In this document: positions 19,725 through 28,406 of the stretch, piece after piece
Position numbering within the stretch: position 1 is the stretch's first letter
How the letters are laid out: every line of letters begins with the position of its first letter
DNA from: Candidatus Komeilibacteria bacterium RIFOXYD1_FULL_37_29
GTDB lineage: Bacteria > Patescibacteriota > Patescibacteriia > UBA1558 > GWA2-36-10
Reading direction: 5' to 3'
Assembly (NCBI GenBank): GCA_001818495.1
Contig: MHKS01000005.1
Span: 402,584 to 466,583 of the forward strand
Length of the DNA: 64,000 nt
Translations under genes and position numbers: made by a program
The notes under the pieces: generated by a model
Seen by the model: only the letters and a program-made list of their open reading frames with translations
Database searches by the model: none
What the model was told of the DNA's origin: nothing

Positions 19725-20015
19725 ATGTCGAAATTAAATATAAAACCATCAGCCGAAGGTAAGGTTAATAAAAAAATTGACCAAGAATCTAAATTAGATA
19801 AATTAAATAAGATCTTAGACCATATTAGACCAGCCTTAGAAAGAGATGGCGGTAATTTAGCTCTAATCAGTTATGATGCTAAAAAGGGGATAGTGGAAGT
19901 CAGCTTTCAAGGTGCTTGTGCTCATTGTTCCTTGGCCAATGTCACTTTAAAGCATTTGATTGAGGCAGAAATTAGAGATCAGATGCCAGAAGTCAAAGAA
20001 GTAAGAGCAGTTTAA
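19725..20015 (+). CDS. NifU/NfuA C-terminal domain protein
   Basis: IRPALERDGG...GACAHC (CxxC). Confidence 0.88.
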   Translation: MSKLNIKPSAEGKVNKKIDQESKLDKLNKILDHIRPALERDGGNLALISYDAKKGIVEVSFQGACAHCSLANVTLKHLIEAEIRDQMPEVKEVRAV

Positions 20016-20039
20016 TTTTCAAAATTTTAGACAAAAGGA

Positions 20040-20072
20040 AAAGCGGCGACATATTGTGTGTGTCGCCGCTTT
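20040..20072. terminator. Bidirectional intrinsic terminator
   Basis: AAAGCGGCGACA-N9-TGTCGCCGCTTT between convergent genes. Confidence 0.85.
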
Positions 20073-20092
20073 GTTTTTAGTCCGTTGGGGGA

Positions 20093-20671
20093 CTACTCTT
20101 CGATCCAGACGGCTTTGATCGAGCCGTCGTCGTATAGGTTGAAGCGAATCGCTTCCATGGAGTTGAGGCTGCGGGCCTCGGTCATGCCGATGGACTTTGC
20201 CAACATCGGAATGGTGGGATCGTGGAAGATCCCGACACCGATCTGGCCGTCGTTCATCAGGTCGAACATCTTTCGTAGAGCACTCTGAGCGTCGCTCTTA
20301 AACTGATCGAAAACTGACGGATCCATGTGTTTGAGCACAGCCTCCATATTAGAGAGGCCGTCTTTGATGTCGGCGCGCATGGCGTCAGTGATAGTCTTCT
20401 GGAAGAATTCGGCGGAGCCGAGGCCGTCAACGGCATCGTGGATTTCCATCTCCTGGAAGGGGTCGGACATCATCCGCATGGCGGCGAGAGTCTCACTGGT
20501 GCGGATCAGCGGTCCGTGGAAACCGTGGGAGATCTTGGTGTCGGATGTGTTGTACAGTCTGTCACCGGTGTTGTAGGCCAATTCGGCCCCGGCATGAGAA
20601 ATGTGGTTTCCGCTTTTATCCTTATCGGAGTGGCGGAACAAGTCCAGAGTTTTTACAACAAACTTGGCCAT
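20093..20671 (-). CDS. Histidine phosphatase superfamily protein (GC-rich gene)
   Basis: LFRHSDK, HGPLIRTSET, GIFHDP; SD AAGGAGG upstream. Confidence 0.7.
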   Translation of the reverse strand: MAKFVVKTLDLFRHSDKDKSGNHISHAGAELAYNTGDRLYNTSDTKISHGFHGPLIRTSETLAAMRMMSDPFQEMEIHDAVDGLGSAEFFQKTITDAMRADIKDGLSNMEAVLKHMDPSVFDQFKSDAQSALRKMFDLMNDGQIGVGIFHDPTIPMLAKSIGMTEARSLNSMEAIRFNLYDDGSIKAVWIEE

Positions 20672-20748
20672 TTGTGGGCCTCCTTTGTAAAATTATGAGT
20701 GTACACACCATAAATATAGGTGATCCTTGAGTTATTCAAGGATATATT

Positions 20749-20777
20749 AGTATAGCACATTATCCTATTTTAGTCAA
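20749..20777 (-). promoter_or_regulatory. Sigma70 promoter of the 20671 gene
   Basis: Minus strand TTGACT-N17-TATACT with TG extension; followed by an ATCCTTGA-N5-TCAAGGAT hairpin (20723-20743). Confidence 0.7.
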
Positions 20778-20820
20778 TATTAGTTATTAGTCTATAATAT
20801 AGTTAAAAATACTATAAATA

Positions 20821-20849
20821 TTGACATTTTTACTATATAATGCTAGACT
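20821..20849 (+). promoter_or_regulatory. Sigma70 promoter of the wHTH-swivel gene
   Basis: TTGACA-N17-TAGACT with TG extension. Confidence 0.65.
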
Positions 20850-20872
20850 GCCTTATTAAATCATAAAATAAT

Positions 20873-22681
20873 ATGTTGGAAAAAATTATCAATTCTAAAA
20901 CTCGTTTGGCTATATTGGCTATGTTTTTTCAAGGCAAAGAAACAGAATTATCGGCTAGTCAGATAGTCAAAAAAAGCAAACTTGATCCAGCCAATGTCCA
21001 TAAGGAAATTAGTAATCTATTGGCTGGTAAATTTATTTTGCAAAAAGAGGCCATGGGGCGTAAATATTTTTGTGTGAATACAGGTACTGTATTTTATGAT
21101 GGTTTGGTAAAGATATTTAAAAATTATAAAATTAATCAATTTGGTGAAGAATGGTTTTCGCTAGAATCAGTACCAAATTATTATCCAATGATGGTGGCTT
21201 TTGCTTGGAATGTAAAGCGAGCTAATGATTTTTTAAAAAGTCGTGGTTTTAAAAATAAGTTTACCAAATTGTTGACTACTTATGACAACAATATTAATGA
21301 TTTGTTAATCATTAAAAAAGAATTTGATGCTTTATCCCAAGAAACTTTGGAAAAAGTTAGTTTTGATCCCAGTTGGGGACAGCAATATATTGATGATTTA
21401 TCAGCCGAGGTTGATAATTTAATTAAAGCTACTAATGATTTAGAGAAAGTAAATTTAGGAAAATTATCCAATAAAGAATTGTATGATTTATATCAGGAGT
21501 ATTATGCTGTCTATGGCCAACTTCATATTTTTCACTGGATTCAAACCGTAGCGGATTTTGGTGATAATCTTTTTTCCAAATATTTAATGAATTATTTGCG
21601 TCAGAAGATCAAAGACAGCCAATATTCTTTGGGGGAAGTATTTTCTACTTTGACGACTCCTACTAAAGATGGTGAAACGACTAAAGAATATAAAAATTTA
21701 TTAAATATTTTAGAGGACATAATTTCGGATCAAGATTTAAAAAAATATTTTAAAGATACAGAAACTCGTATTATTGTTCGCGATTTAAAAAATGTCAATA
21801 AGGTTATGGATGAAAAAATTTTAAATCACGTTACGAGGTATGGTTATCTTGGCTATGGTACAGTCGGACCTAACTGGGGTAAAGATTATTTTATTGATAT
21901 TTTAGGCTCTTTAGTCAGACAAAATACCAAGCCAGCTGAGTTGCTTGATAATTTGCAGAAAGATAAGTTAAATATTGAAGTCAAGCAACAAAAATTTATT
22001 AAACAACTGGAGATAGAGGAGAAATATCAGCAATTATTTGAAGTAGCCAGAGGTTTAGTTTTCACCAAGGGTAGCCGTAAAGAGTCCATGTTTCATAGCT
22101 ATAGTATTATAGACCATTTATTTAGAGAAATCGGTCGTCGTTATTATTTATCGGTTAATCAAGTCAGATATTTCTATCCTCATGAATTTGAAGATTTATT
22201 GCTTCATAATAAATTTAGTGCCGCTAAATTAAATGAGCGTTATAAATTTAGTTTGCAGTATTCCCTAGGTGATTATAGTCAGGATAAATTATTAGAAGAT
22301 GAGGAAGCTAGAAAATTTTTAGAAAATTTTAATATTGTCAAAGAGGAAATTGCTGATATTAAAGTAATGGAAGGAGACTGTGCTTCTCCTGGTCGGGCTC
22401 GTGGTAGCGCCAAAATTATCAATATACCCAAAGATATGAGTAAAATGGAGCAAGGTGATGTTCTGGTATCTATTGCTACTAACCCCGATTTAGTGCCAGC
22501 TATTAAGAAAGCTAGTGCTATTGTCACCGATGTCGGGGGCATTACCTGTCATGCCGCTATAGTGTCTCGAGAATTGGGTATTCCTTGTGTTATTGGTACC
22601 AAAATAGCCACTAAAGTCTTAAAAGACGGTGATGTGGTAGATGTGGACGCTACCCATGGTAAAGTTACGATTGTCCGGTAG
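20873..22681 (+). CDS. Winged-helix domain + large helical domain + phospho-His swivel domain (copy 5)
   Basis: N-terminal SKTRLAILAMFF...SASQIVKKSKLDPANVHKEISNL...GRKYF wHTH; central RYGYLGYG..GPNW resembles the RPH substrate domain; C-terminal [25 protein letters not shown]. Confidence 0.8.
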   Translation: MLEKIINSKTRLAILAMFFQGKETELSASQIVKKSKLDPANVHKEISNLLAGKFILQKEAMGRKYFCVNTGTVFYDGLVKIFKNYKINQFGEEWFSLESVPNYYPMMVAFAWNVKRANDFLKSRGFKNKFTKLLTTYDNNINDLLIIKKEFDALSQETLEKVSFDPSWGQQYIDDLSAEVDNLIKATNDLEKVNLGKLSNKELYDLYQEYYAVYGQLHIFHWIQTVADFGDNLFSKYLMNYLRQKIKDSQYSLGEVFSTLTTPTKDGETTKEYKNLLNILEDIISDQDLKKYFKDTETRIIVRDLKNVNKVMDEKILNHVTRYGYLGYGTVGPNWGKDYFIDILGSLVRQNTKPAELLDNLQKDKLNIEVKQQKFIKQLEIEEKYQQLFEVARGLVFTKGSRKESMFHSYSIIDHLFREIGRRYYLSVNQVRYFYPHEFEDLLLHNKFSAAKLNERYKFSLQYSLGDYSQDKLLEDEEARKFLENFNIVKEEIADIKVMEGDCASPGRARGSAKIINIPKDMSKMEQGDVLVSIATNPDLVPAIKKASAIVTDVGGITCHAAIVSRELGIPCVIGTKIATKVLKDGDVVDVDATHGKVTIVR

Positions 22682-22694
22682 ACAAGCAGTCTAT

Positions 22695-22723
22695 TGGACT
22701 TTTTGTTTTAGGCATACTAAAAT
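22695..22723 (+). promoter_or_regulatory. Possible separate promoter for the ATP-binding subunit gene
   Basis: TGGACT-N17-TAAAAT. Confidence 0.45.
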
Positions 22724-22747
22724 TAAGATAAATATTACTTAATTACT

Positions 22748-23686
22748 ATGGAATTAATTAGAGATTTTAAAAAATTGGACAAACACGCTGTTGCTTTGGC
22801 TGGCGGAAAAGGGGCCTCTCTGGGCGAGATGACCAAAGCCGGTATTCCGGTGCCACCGGGATTTGTAGTGTTATCAGCTGCTTTTGAAAAATTTTTAGAG
22901 GAAACTGATCTAAATGTTGAAATTGATGCTGTTATAAAAACAGTCAAACACGAAGATATAAATCTAGTAGAGCAGGCCTCGGTTAAAATCAGGGATTTAA
23001 TCAGTGACGCCCAGATGCCGGACGATATAGCCAAAGAAATAAAAGCAGAGTTTAAAAAAATGGATGCTAAATATGTAGCGGTGCGTTCTTCAGCCACTGC
23101 TGAGGACTCTTCAGTAGCTTCTTGGGCCGGAGAATTAGAATCATATCTTAATACCACTGAAAAAGATTTATTAGATAAAGTCAAAAAATGTTGGTCTTCA
23201 CTTTTTACACCGCGGGCTATTTTTTATCGTTTTGAAAAAAAACTTCAAGATGCCAAAGTTTCTGTAGCCGTAGTAGTGCAGAAAATGGTGCAATCAGAAG
23301 TATCGGGGATTACTTTTACAGTTCATCCGGTCACCGAAGACAGAGACCAGATGGTGATTGAGGCAGGTTGGGGACTAGGAGAGGCTATTGTTTCCGGCAT
23401 GGTGACACCTGATGCTTATGTGATTGATAAAAAAGATTTCTCTATTATGGATATAAATATTGCTGATCAAGCTAAAAAAATTATAAAAACTCCCAAGGGT
23501 AATCAATTTGTAGAAGTAGAGCATAATAAAAGAGAAGAACAAAAATTGGGCGGTGTTCAGATTATAGAGCTGGCCAAAATTTGTGCTGGCATTGAAAAAC
23601 ATTATGGCTTTCCCTGTGATATTGAGTGGGCTTATGAAAAGGGTGATTTTTATATAGTCCAGTCTCGGCCGATTACTACTTTATAA
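22748..23686 (+). CDS. Stand-alone PEP synthase/PPDK N-terminal ATP-grasp (nucleotide-binding) domain
   Basis: GGKGASLGEM, VPPGFV, VAVRSSATAED, VVVQKMV, GLGEAIVSG, DIEWA, VQSRPITT then stop; no His domain or pyruvate barrel. Confidence 0.9.
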   Translation: MELIRDFKKLDKHAVALAGGKGASLGEMTKAGIPVPPGFVVLSAAFEKFLEETDLNVEIDAVIKTVKHEDINLVEQASVKIRDLISDAQMPDDIAKEIKAEFKKMDAKYVAVRSSATAEDSSVASWAGELESYLNTTEKDLLDKVKKCWSSLFTPRAIFYRFEKKLQDAKVSVAVVVQKMVQSEVSGITFTVHPVTEDRDQMVIEAGWGLGEAIVSGMVTPDAYVIDKKDFSIMDINIADQAKKIIKTPKGNQFVEVEHNKREEQKLGGVQIIELAKICAGIEKHYGFPCDIEWAYEKGDFYIVQSRPITTL

Positions 23687-23700
23687 ATTTTATACAAAAG

Positions 23701-23733
23701 AAAAAAGCCCTGTGTTTAGACAGGACTTTTTTT
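23701..23733. terminator. Bidirectional intrinsic terminator
   Basis: AAAAAAGCCCTGT-GTTTAG-ACAGGACTTTTTTT between convergent genes. Confidence 0.7.
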
Positions 23734-23754
23734 ATTCGCGGTGTTGGCGAATTT

Positions 23755-24246
23755 TTAGGCTTCAGTTTCGCCAAGTTGTTCGAGAATCGAACAACCGAGT
23801 TCATCGTTGTCATCGATGGTAATCTCTACGACCGAGCCACTTTTGGCAACTTCGATACCCAGAGATTTGGCGAAAGGTCGGCCGGTGCAGAGCACGGCCT
23901 GATCAGGCAGAGAGCGGAGAAAGTTGTGGATGGCCGGAGCCATGTCCTGGATGCCGGTGTATTGCTCGTACCAGCAGGCGGTGCCGTCGGCAAATATGAT
24001 GGTCGGATTGCCGTCGATGGTATCCATCGATGTGGCGTCTCCTAAGAGGAGAGTAGAGCGGGTCATTTCCAGACCTAATGTGGCGGCAACGTGCCGATGT
24101 CGGCGACCAGTACCACATATGATGGCAGAAGGGTTGTCAGGGAGTAAGTCCTTTAGAGACTCAATTTGATTTACTCCGGAAGGAGTCATAGTTGGGTCAG
24201 CACCTTCGTGCTTGTCGCCGTGTAAAACCGCATAAATCGTCTTCAT
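23755..24246 (-). CDS. Degenerate histidine-phosphatase-fold protein (GC-rich gene)
   Basis: VLHGDK at the RHG position, MTPSGVNQ, CGTGRRHRHVA; second His apparently absent (CTGRP); SD AGGAAGAGG upstream. Confidence 0.55.
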   Translation of the reverse strand: MKTIYAVLHGDKHEGADPTMTPSGVNQIESLKDLLPDNPSAIICGTGRRHRHVAATLGLEMTRSTLLLGDATSMDTIDGNPTIIFADGTACWYEQYTGIQDMAPAIHNFLRSLPDQAVLCTGRPFAKSLGIEVAKSGSVVEITIDDNDELGCSILEQLGETEA

Positions 24247-24300
24247 TTTGTGGCCTCTTCCTTATTTTTAGAATTGTAGTGTACTTGATTGTAATATTCT

Positions 24301-24329
24301 ATTATAACATGCTTTAGCTATTTTGTCAA
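24301..24329 (-). promoter_or_regulatory. Consensus sigma70 promoter of the 24246 gene
   Basis: Minus strand TTGACA-N17-TATAAT with TG extension. Confidence 0.85.
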
Positions 24330-24450
24330 TGTGCGAACCGATTTATCTATTTAGGTCGGGGGCGGTCTTTTTTTATTGACATTTTTGTGTAAAACTGATG
24401 AAATATTGGGTAGATTTTTTGTAAATAATATGCTAAAATAAAGACACAAT

Positions 24451-24810
24451 ATGTCTATTATCCGCACCAGCCGAGTATTATATCAAGATAAATTGGCCTT
24501 TTGGTTGATTAATTTTTCAATTTTATCCATAGTATCCACCTGGGCGCTTTTTTTATTTAAAAGAGTAGAGCGTGATCCATTGGCCGTACTGCACTATAAT
24601 ATCTACGCTGGCATAGACGCTTTGGGGTCGTGGCAATGGCTTTATCTATTACCAGCCATTTTTTTGTTGATAGCGGCTTTAGATTTTTGGTTGGCTGTTT
24701 TATTGTGGACTAAGGCTAGAGTACTGAGCTATTTTTTATTAGCCACCATTTTGATTATGAATTTTTTTATGTCTTTATTTATCTATAATATATTAAATTA
24801 TAATTCCTAA
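24451..24810 (+). CDS. Small membrane protein (DUF1648-like), translationally coupled to mraY
   Basis: Three TM segments, LHYNIYAGID motif; TAATG overlap with mraY. Confidence 0.6.
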   Translation: MSIIRTSRVLYQDKLAFWLINFSILSIVSTWALFLFKRVERDPLAVLHYNIYAGIDALGSWQWLYLLPAIFLLIAALDFWLAVLLWTKARVLSYFLLATILIMNFFMSLFIYNILNYNS

Positions 24811-25862
24811 TGCCAGCCTTTGAAATAATTAAAGTTTTGACCTTAGCCACCATTGGTTTTTCTTTGTCCATGCTTTTAACGCCAGCTTGGACCCATTTTC
24901 TTTATAAGTACAAATTGGTCAAAAATGTCAGAAATGATAATAGTACGCCAATTTTTTCCAAACTACACAAAGAAAAATCTGGTACGCCGACGATGGGTGG
25001 AGTTTTGATTTGGATGACCGTTTTAATATTGGCGGTAGTTTTTTGGTTGATTCATATTATTTGGCCAGACAGTCTTTTGGCTGACTTTGATTTTTTGACT
25101 AGAGAAGAAACTTATTTGCCACTCGGTGCTTTGGTAGCTTCAGCCATAGTTGGTTTGGTGGATGACTGGTTCAATATCAACCGCCAAGGTGGCGGTAAAG
25201 GTGGCGGTTTGACTGTGAAGCATCGTTTGTTTATTTATACACTGATTGCTTTATTTGGTGCTGGTTGGTTTTATTTTAAATTGGATTGGGATGTTATTCG
25301 TATACCGTTTTTGGGAGTTTTTCAATTGGGCTGGTGGTTTATTCCATTTTTTGTTTTTGTCTTGGTAGCCACTGCTTTTTCCGTTAATGAAGCCGATGGT
25401 TTAGATGGTTTGGCTGGTGGTATAGTCTTGGCGGCTTTTGCATCTTATGGCACCATTGCTTTTATTCAAGGCAATTATAATATGGCGGCTTTTTGTGGAG
25501 TGATAGCTGGAGCACTACTATCATTTTTGTGGTTCAATATCAACCCGGCTCGTTTTTTTATGGGAGATACCGGAGCCATGTCTTTGGGTATTTCTTTGGG
25601 TATAGTGGCGATGTTGACCGGCTATCCTTTTCTTTTGCCGATTATTGGATTTTTATTAATGTTGGAATCTTTGTCAGTGATTATTCAGATTCTTTCTAAA
25701 AAGATTCGTCACAAAAAAGTATTTTTATCAGCGCCGATTCATCATCATTTTGAAGCCAAGGGCTGGCCGGAGACCAAAATAGTTATGCGTTTTTGGGTGA
25801 TTGCCGGAGTTTTTGCCGTTTTAGGATTGATTATGGCTATTATTGATTTGTCTTTATGGTAA
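24810..25862 (+). CDS. mraY: Phospho-N-acetylmuramoyl-pentapeptide transferase
   Basis: KSGTPTMGG, VDD, NEADGLDGL, FMGDTG, APIHHHFE. Confidence 0.95.
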   Translation: MPAFEIIKVLTLATIGFSLSMLLTPAWTHFLYKYKLVKNVRNDNSTPIFSKLHKEKSGTPTMGGVLIWMTVLILAVVFWLIHIIWPDSLLADFDFLTREETYLPLGALVASAIVGLVDDWFNINRQGGGKGGGLTVKHRLFIYTLIALFGAGWFYFKLDWDVIRIPFLGVFQLGWWFIPFFVFVLVATAFSVNEADGLDGLAGGIVLAAFASYGTIAFIQGNYNMAAFCGVIAGALLSFLWFNINPARFFMGDTGAMSLGISLGIVAMLTGYPFLLPIIGFLLMLESLSVIIQILSKKIRHKKVFLSAPIHHHFEAKGWPETKIVMRFWVIAGVFAVLGLIMAIIDLSLW

Positions 25863-27268
25863 TTAATTTTTCTGGAAAAAAAGTCTTGATTATGGGTTTG
25901 GGACTGCACGGCGGTGCTTTAGCCGTAGTCCGTTGGCTTTTAAAGCACGGTGCTACTATTACTATTACCGATACCAAAACTAAAGCGCAGCTTACAGCCA
26001 GTTTGGATAAGATAAATAAGTTGTCCAAGGCTAAACAAATAAAATATACTCTCGGCCGACATAAAGCAGTAGATTTTTCTGATCAGGATTTGATTATTCA
26101 AAATCCGGCTGTACCCAGTGGAAATAAATTTTTACATTTGGCTAAAAAAAATAATATTCCCATTGTCAATGAAGCGGTCTTATTTTTTTGGCTTTATCAA
26201 GGGCAGTCTATCGGTGTGACTGGTACAAGAGGAAAGTCCACTACCGCTACTTTGATTCATCAAATACTAAAAACTAAGATCAAAACCAATGTCGTAGCCG
26301 GAAATATTGCTACTAATCCGCTGTTTGAGGTTTTAGAAAAATTGAAAAAAGATGCTCTACCGGTTTTAGAGCTATCTTCCTGGCATTTAGAAGTAATGGA
26401 TAATTATCATATTTCTCCGCATATTGCTGTAGTGACCAATGTGCTGGTCGATCATCTCAATCGTTACAAAAATTTTAATAGTTACAAAGAAGCCAAAAGA
26501 GTAATTTTAAAATACCAGAGTAAACAAGATAAAGTAATTTTAAATGCCGACAATCTATTTACTCGATCTTTTGCTAAGCGAGCTAAAGCAACTGTTTATT
26601 TTTATTCTCTCAACAAAAAAGTCAAAGGCACCTATTTAAAAAATAATAAAATGTATTTTAGTAGCGGATCAAAAGAGTCGCTGGTCATGGATACTAAGGG
26701 TATAAAAATTTTGGGCCAGCACAATTTATCAAATATTTTAGCTGCGGTTTGTGTGGCCAAGTTGGTCGGTATACCAAATAAAAAAATTGCCCAAGCGGTG
26801 AATAATTTTTCTGGTGTACCATACCGTTTGGAGTATAAAGGAAAGATAGCTCAATTAGATGTTTACAATGATTCCACCTCTACCACACCAGATGCTACGA
26901 TAGCGGCTATTTATGCTATGGGCCAAAAGAATATTTTATTATTGGCCGGTGGGCAGGATAAAAATTTGGATTATAAAAAATTGGCCAAAACAATCAAAGC
27001 CAAAGTTTCTAAAGTAATTTTATTTTCCGGAACTGGCAGTTTGAAACTAGTCAAAGAATTAAAAAAAATAAAGTTTGCTCCAGATAAAATGTTTACTGAT
27101 ATAAATAGTTTAAAACAGGCTTTTAAAATTGCTGGTCAGGATAAAAATAAATCAGGAGTGCTATTATTTTCTCCAGCGGCTGCTAGTTTTAATATGTTTA
27201 AAAACGAATTTGATCGAGCTAGGCAATTTGATACTTTAGTCTATGATGCTCAGAAGAAGAAAAAATAG
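25856..27268 (+). CDS. murD: UDP-MurNAc-L-Ala:D-Glu ligase
   Basis: GLGLHG, GVTGTRGKSTT, ELSSW, DHLNRY, YNDSTST, SPAAASFNMF. Confidence 0.92.
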   Translation: MVINFSGKKVLIMGLGLHGGALAVVRWLLKHGATITITDTKTKAQLTASLDKINKLSKAKQIKYTLGRHKAVDFSDQDLIIQNPAVPSGNKFLHLAKKNNIPIVNEAVLFFWLYQGQSIGVTGTRGKSTTATLIHQILKTKIKTNVVAGNIATNPLFEVLEKLKKDALPVLELSSWHLEVMDNYHISPHIAVVTNVLVDHLNRYKNFNSYKEAKRVILKYQSKQDKVILNADNLFTRSFAKRAKATVYFYSLNKKVKGTYLKNNKMYFSSGSKESLVMDTKGIKILGQHNLSNILAAVCVAKLVGIPNKKIAQAVNNFSGVPYRLEYKGKIAQLDVYNDSTSTTPDATIAAIYAMGQKNILLLAGGQDKNLDYKKLAKTIKAKVSKVILFSGTGSLKLVKELKKIKFAPDKMFTDINSLKQAFKIAGQDKNKSGVLLFSPAAASFNMFKNEFDRARQFDTLVYDAQKKKK

Positions 27269-28406
27269 TCTTGTGGAGTGGATCTTGGAGCCCTTTGTGG
27301 TTAATCGGCGAGGTTTTGGCCATCAGCCAGATTTTGTTTTATTAGCTACAGTGGGCTTACTATTATTTTTTGGTTTAGTTTTTCTTTCTTCTGCTTCGGC
27401 CAATTTGGGATTTTATAGATATGAGGATACTTATCGTTTTCTAAAACAGCAGATTATTCATGGTGTTTTACCGGGCCTATTATTTTTTTATTTGGCCGTT
27501 CGTATCAATTATCAGCATTATAGAAATTTAGCCTGGCTGGGGCTGATTGTATCTTTTATTTTATTGATTTTGGTATTTTTGACCAGTCTAAGCGGTGATT
27601 TCAGTGCGCAATCTTGGATTATTTTGGGTGGAGTTTCTTTTCAGCCAGCGGAGCTAGTAAAGTTATTTTTAATTATATTTTTGGCTTTTTGGTTTGAGAA
27701 AAAAGGAGCAGAAGTCAAAGATTTTAAAAAAACTACTATTCCTTTCCTCATTATTGTTGGCTTAATTAGTTTTTTAATTATTAAACAGCCTGATATTGGT
27801 ACTTTGGCTATTATCAGTGTTACCAGTTTGGTCATGTATTATATCGCTGGAGCTAAGCTGAATCATTTAGCAGTTATTATAGCCGCCGGACTTTTAGGAC
27901 TGGTAGTGATGATTAAGGCCGCGCCGTATCGGATGAATAGAATTATTGCCTGGCTAAATACCGATATTGATCCGCAGGGCATTGGTTGGCAAATAAAGCA
28001 GTCTTTGATTGCTGTTGGCTCAGGTGGTTGGTTTGGTCTAGGTATTGGTTCATCACGACAAAAATCATATTTACCTCAGCCGGCCAATGATTCTATTTTT
28101 GCAGTGATTGCCGAAGAAATTGGATTTTTATTTTCTGTAGCGCTGATTATTTTATTTATCGTATTGATTCACCGCGGTTTTCAGATAGCTAGACAATCCG
28201 ATGATGATTTTGCCAAACTTTTAGCCATTGGTATTATTACTTGGTTGTCTTTGCAGATTTTTATAAATATTGGTGGTATGATCAAGCTGATGCCAATGAC
28301 TGGTGTACCTCTGCCTTTTATATCTTTGGGCGGAAGTAATTTGGCCGTGACACTCTTGGCTATTGGTATTTTGACGAATATTTCAAAATTTACTCACAAC
28401 AGATAA
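27243..28406 (+). CDS. ftsW: SEDS peptidoglycan polymerase FtsW
   Basis: FQPAELVK, QPDIGT, GWQIKQSLIAVGSGG, NDSIFAVIAEE, GVPLPFISLGGS; murD-murG context. Confidence 0.9.
   Translation: MMLRRRKNSLVEWILEPFVVNRRGFGHQPDFVLLATVGLLLFFGLVFLSSASANLGFYRYEDTYRFLKQQIIHGVLPGLLFFYLAVRINYQHYRNLAWLGLIVSFILLILVFLTSLSGDFSAQSWIILGGVSFQPAELVKLFLIIFLAFWFEKKGAEVKDFKKTTIPFLIIVGLISFLIIKQPDIGTLAIISVTSLVMYYIAGAKLNHLAVIIAAGLLGLVVMIKAAPYRMNRIIAWLNTDIDPQGIGWQIKQSLIAVGSGGWFGLGIGSSRQKSYLPQPANDSIFAVIAEEIGFLFSVALIILFIVLIHRGFQIARQSDDDFAKLLAIGIITWLSLQIFINIGGMIKLMPMTGVPLPFISLGGSNLAVTLLAIGILTNISKFTHNR

Noticed and set aside
20058-20730. Several + strand ORFs (20058, 20325, 20327, 20545)
   Set aside because: Shadows of the GC-rich minus-strand gene, which has the promoter, SD, terminator and RH motif.
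20873-23686. Frameshifted or pseudogenised ppsA (PEP synthase)
   Set aside because: Domain order is reversed (His domain upstream of the ATP domain), both ORFs are intact with clean ends and a candidate promoter between them, and no pyruvate barrel is present.
23776-24169. Alternative ORFs 23776, 23903 and 23924
   Set aside because: Shadow frames of the GC-rich 23755-24246 gene, with no initiation signals.
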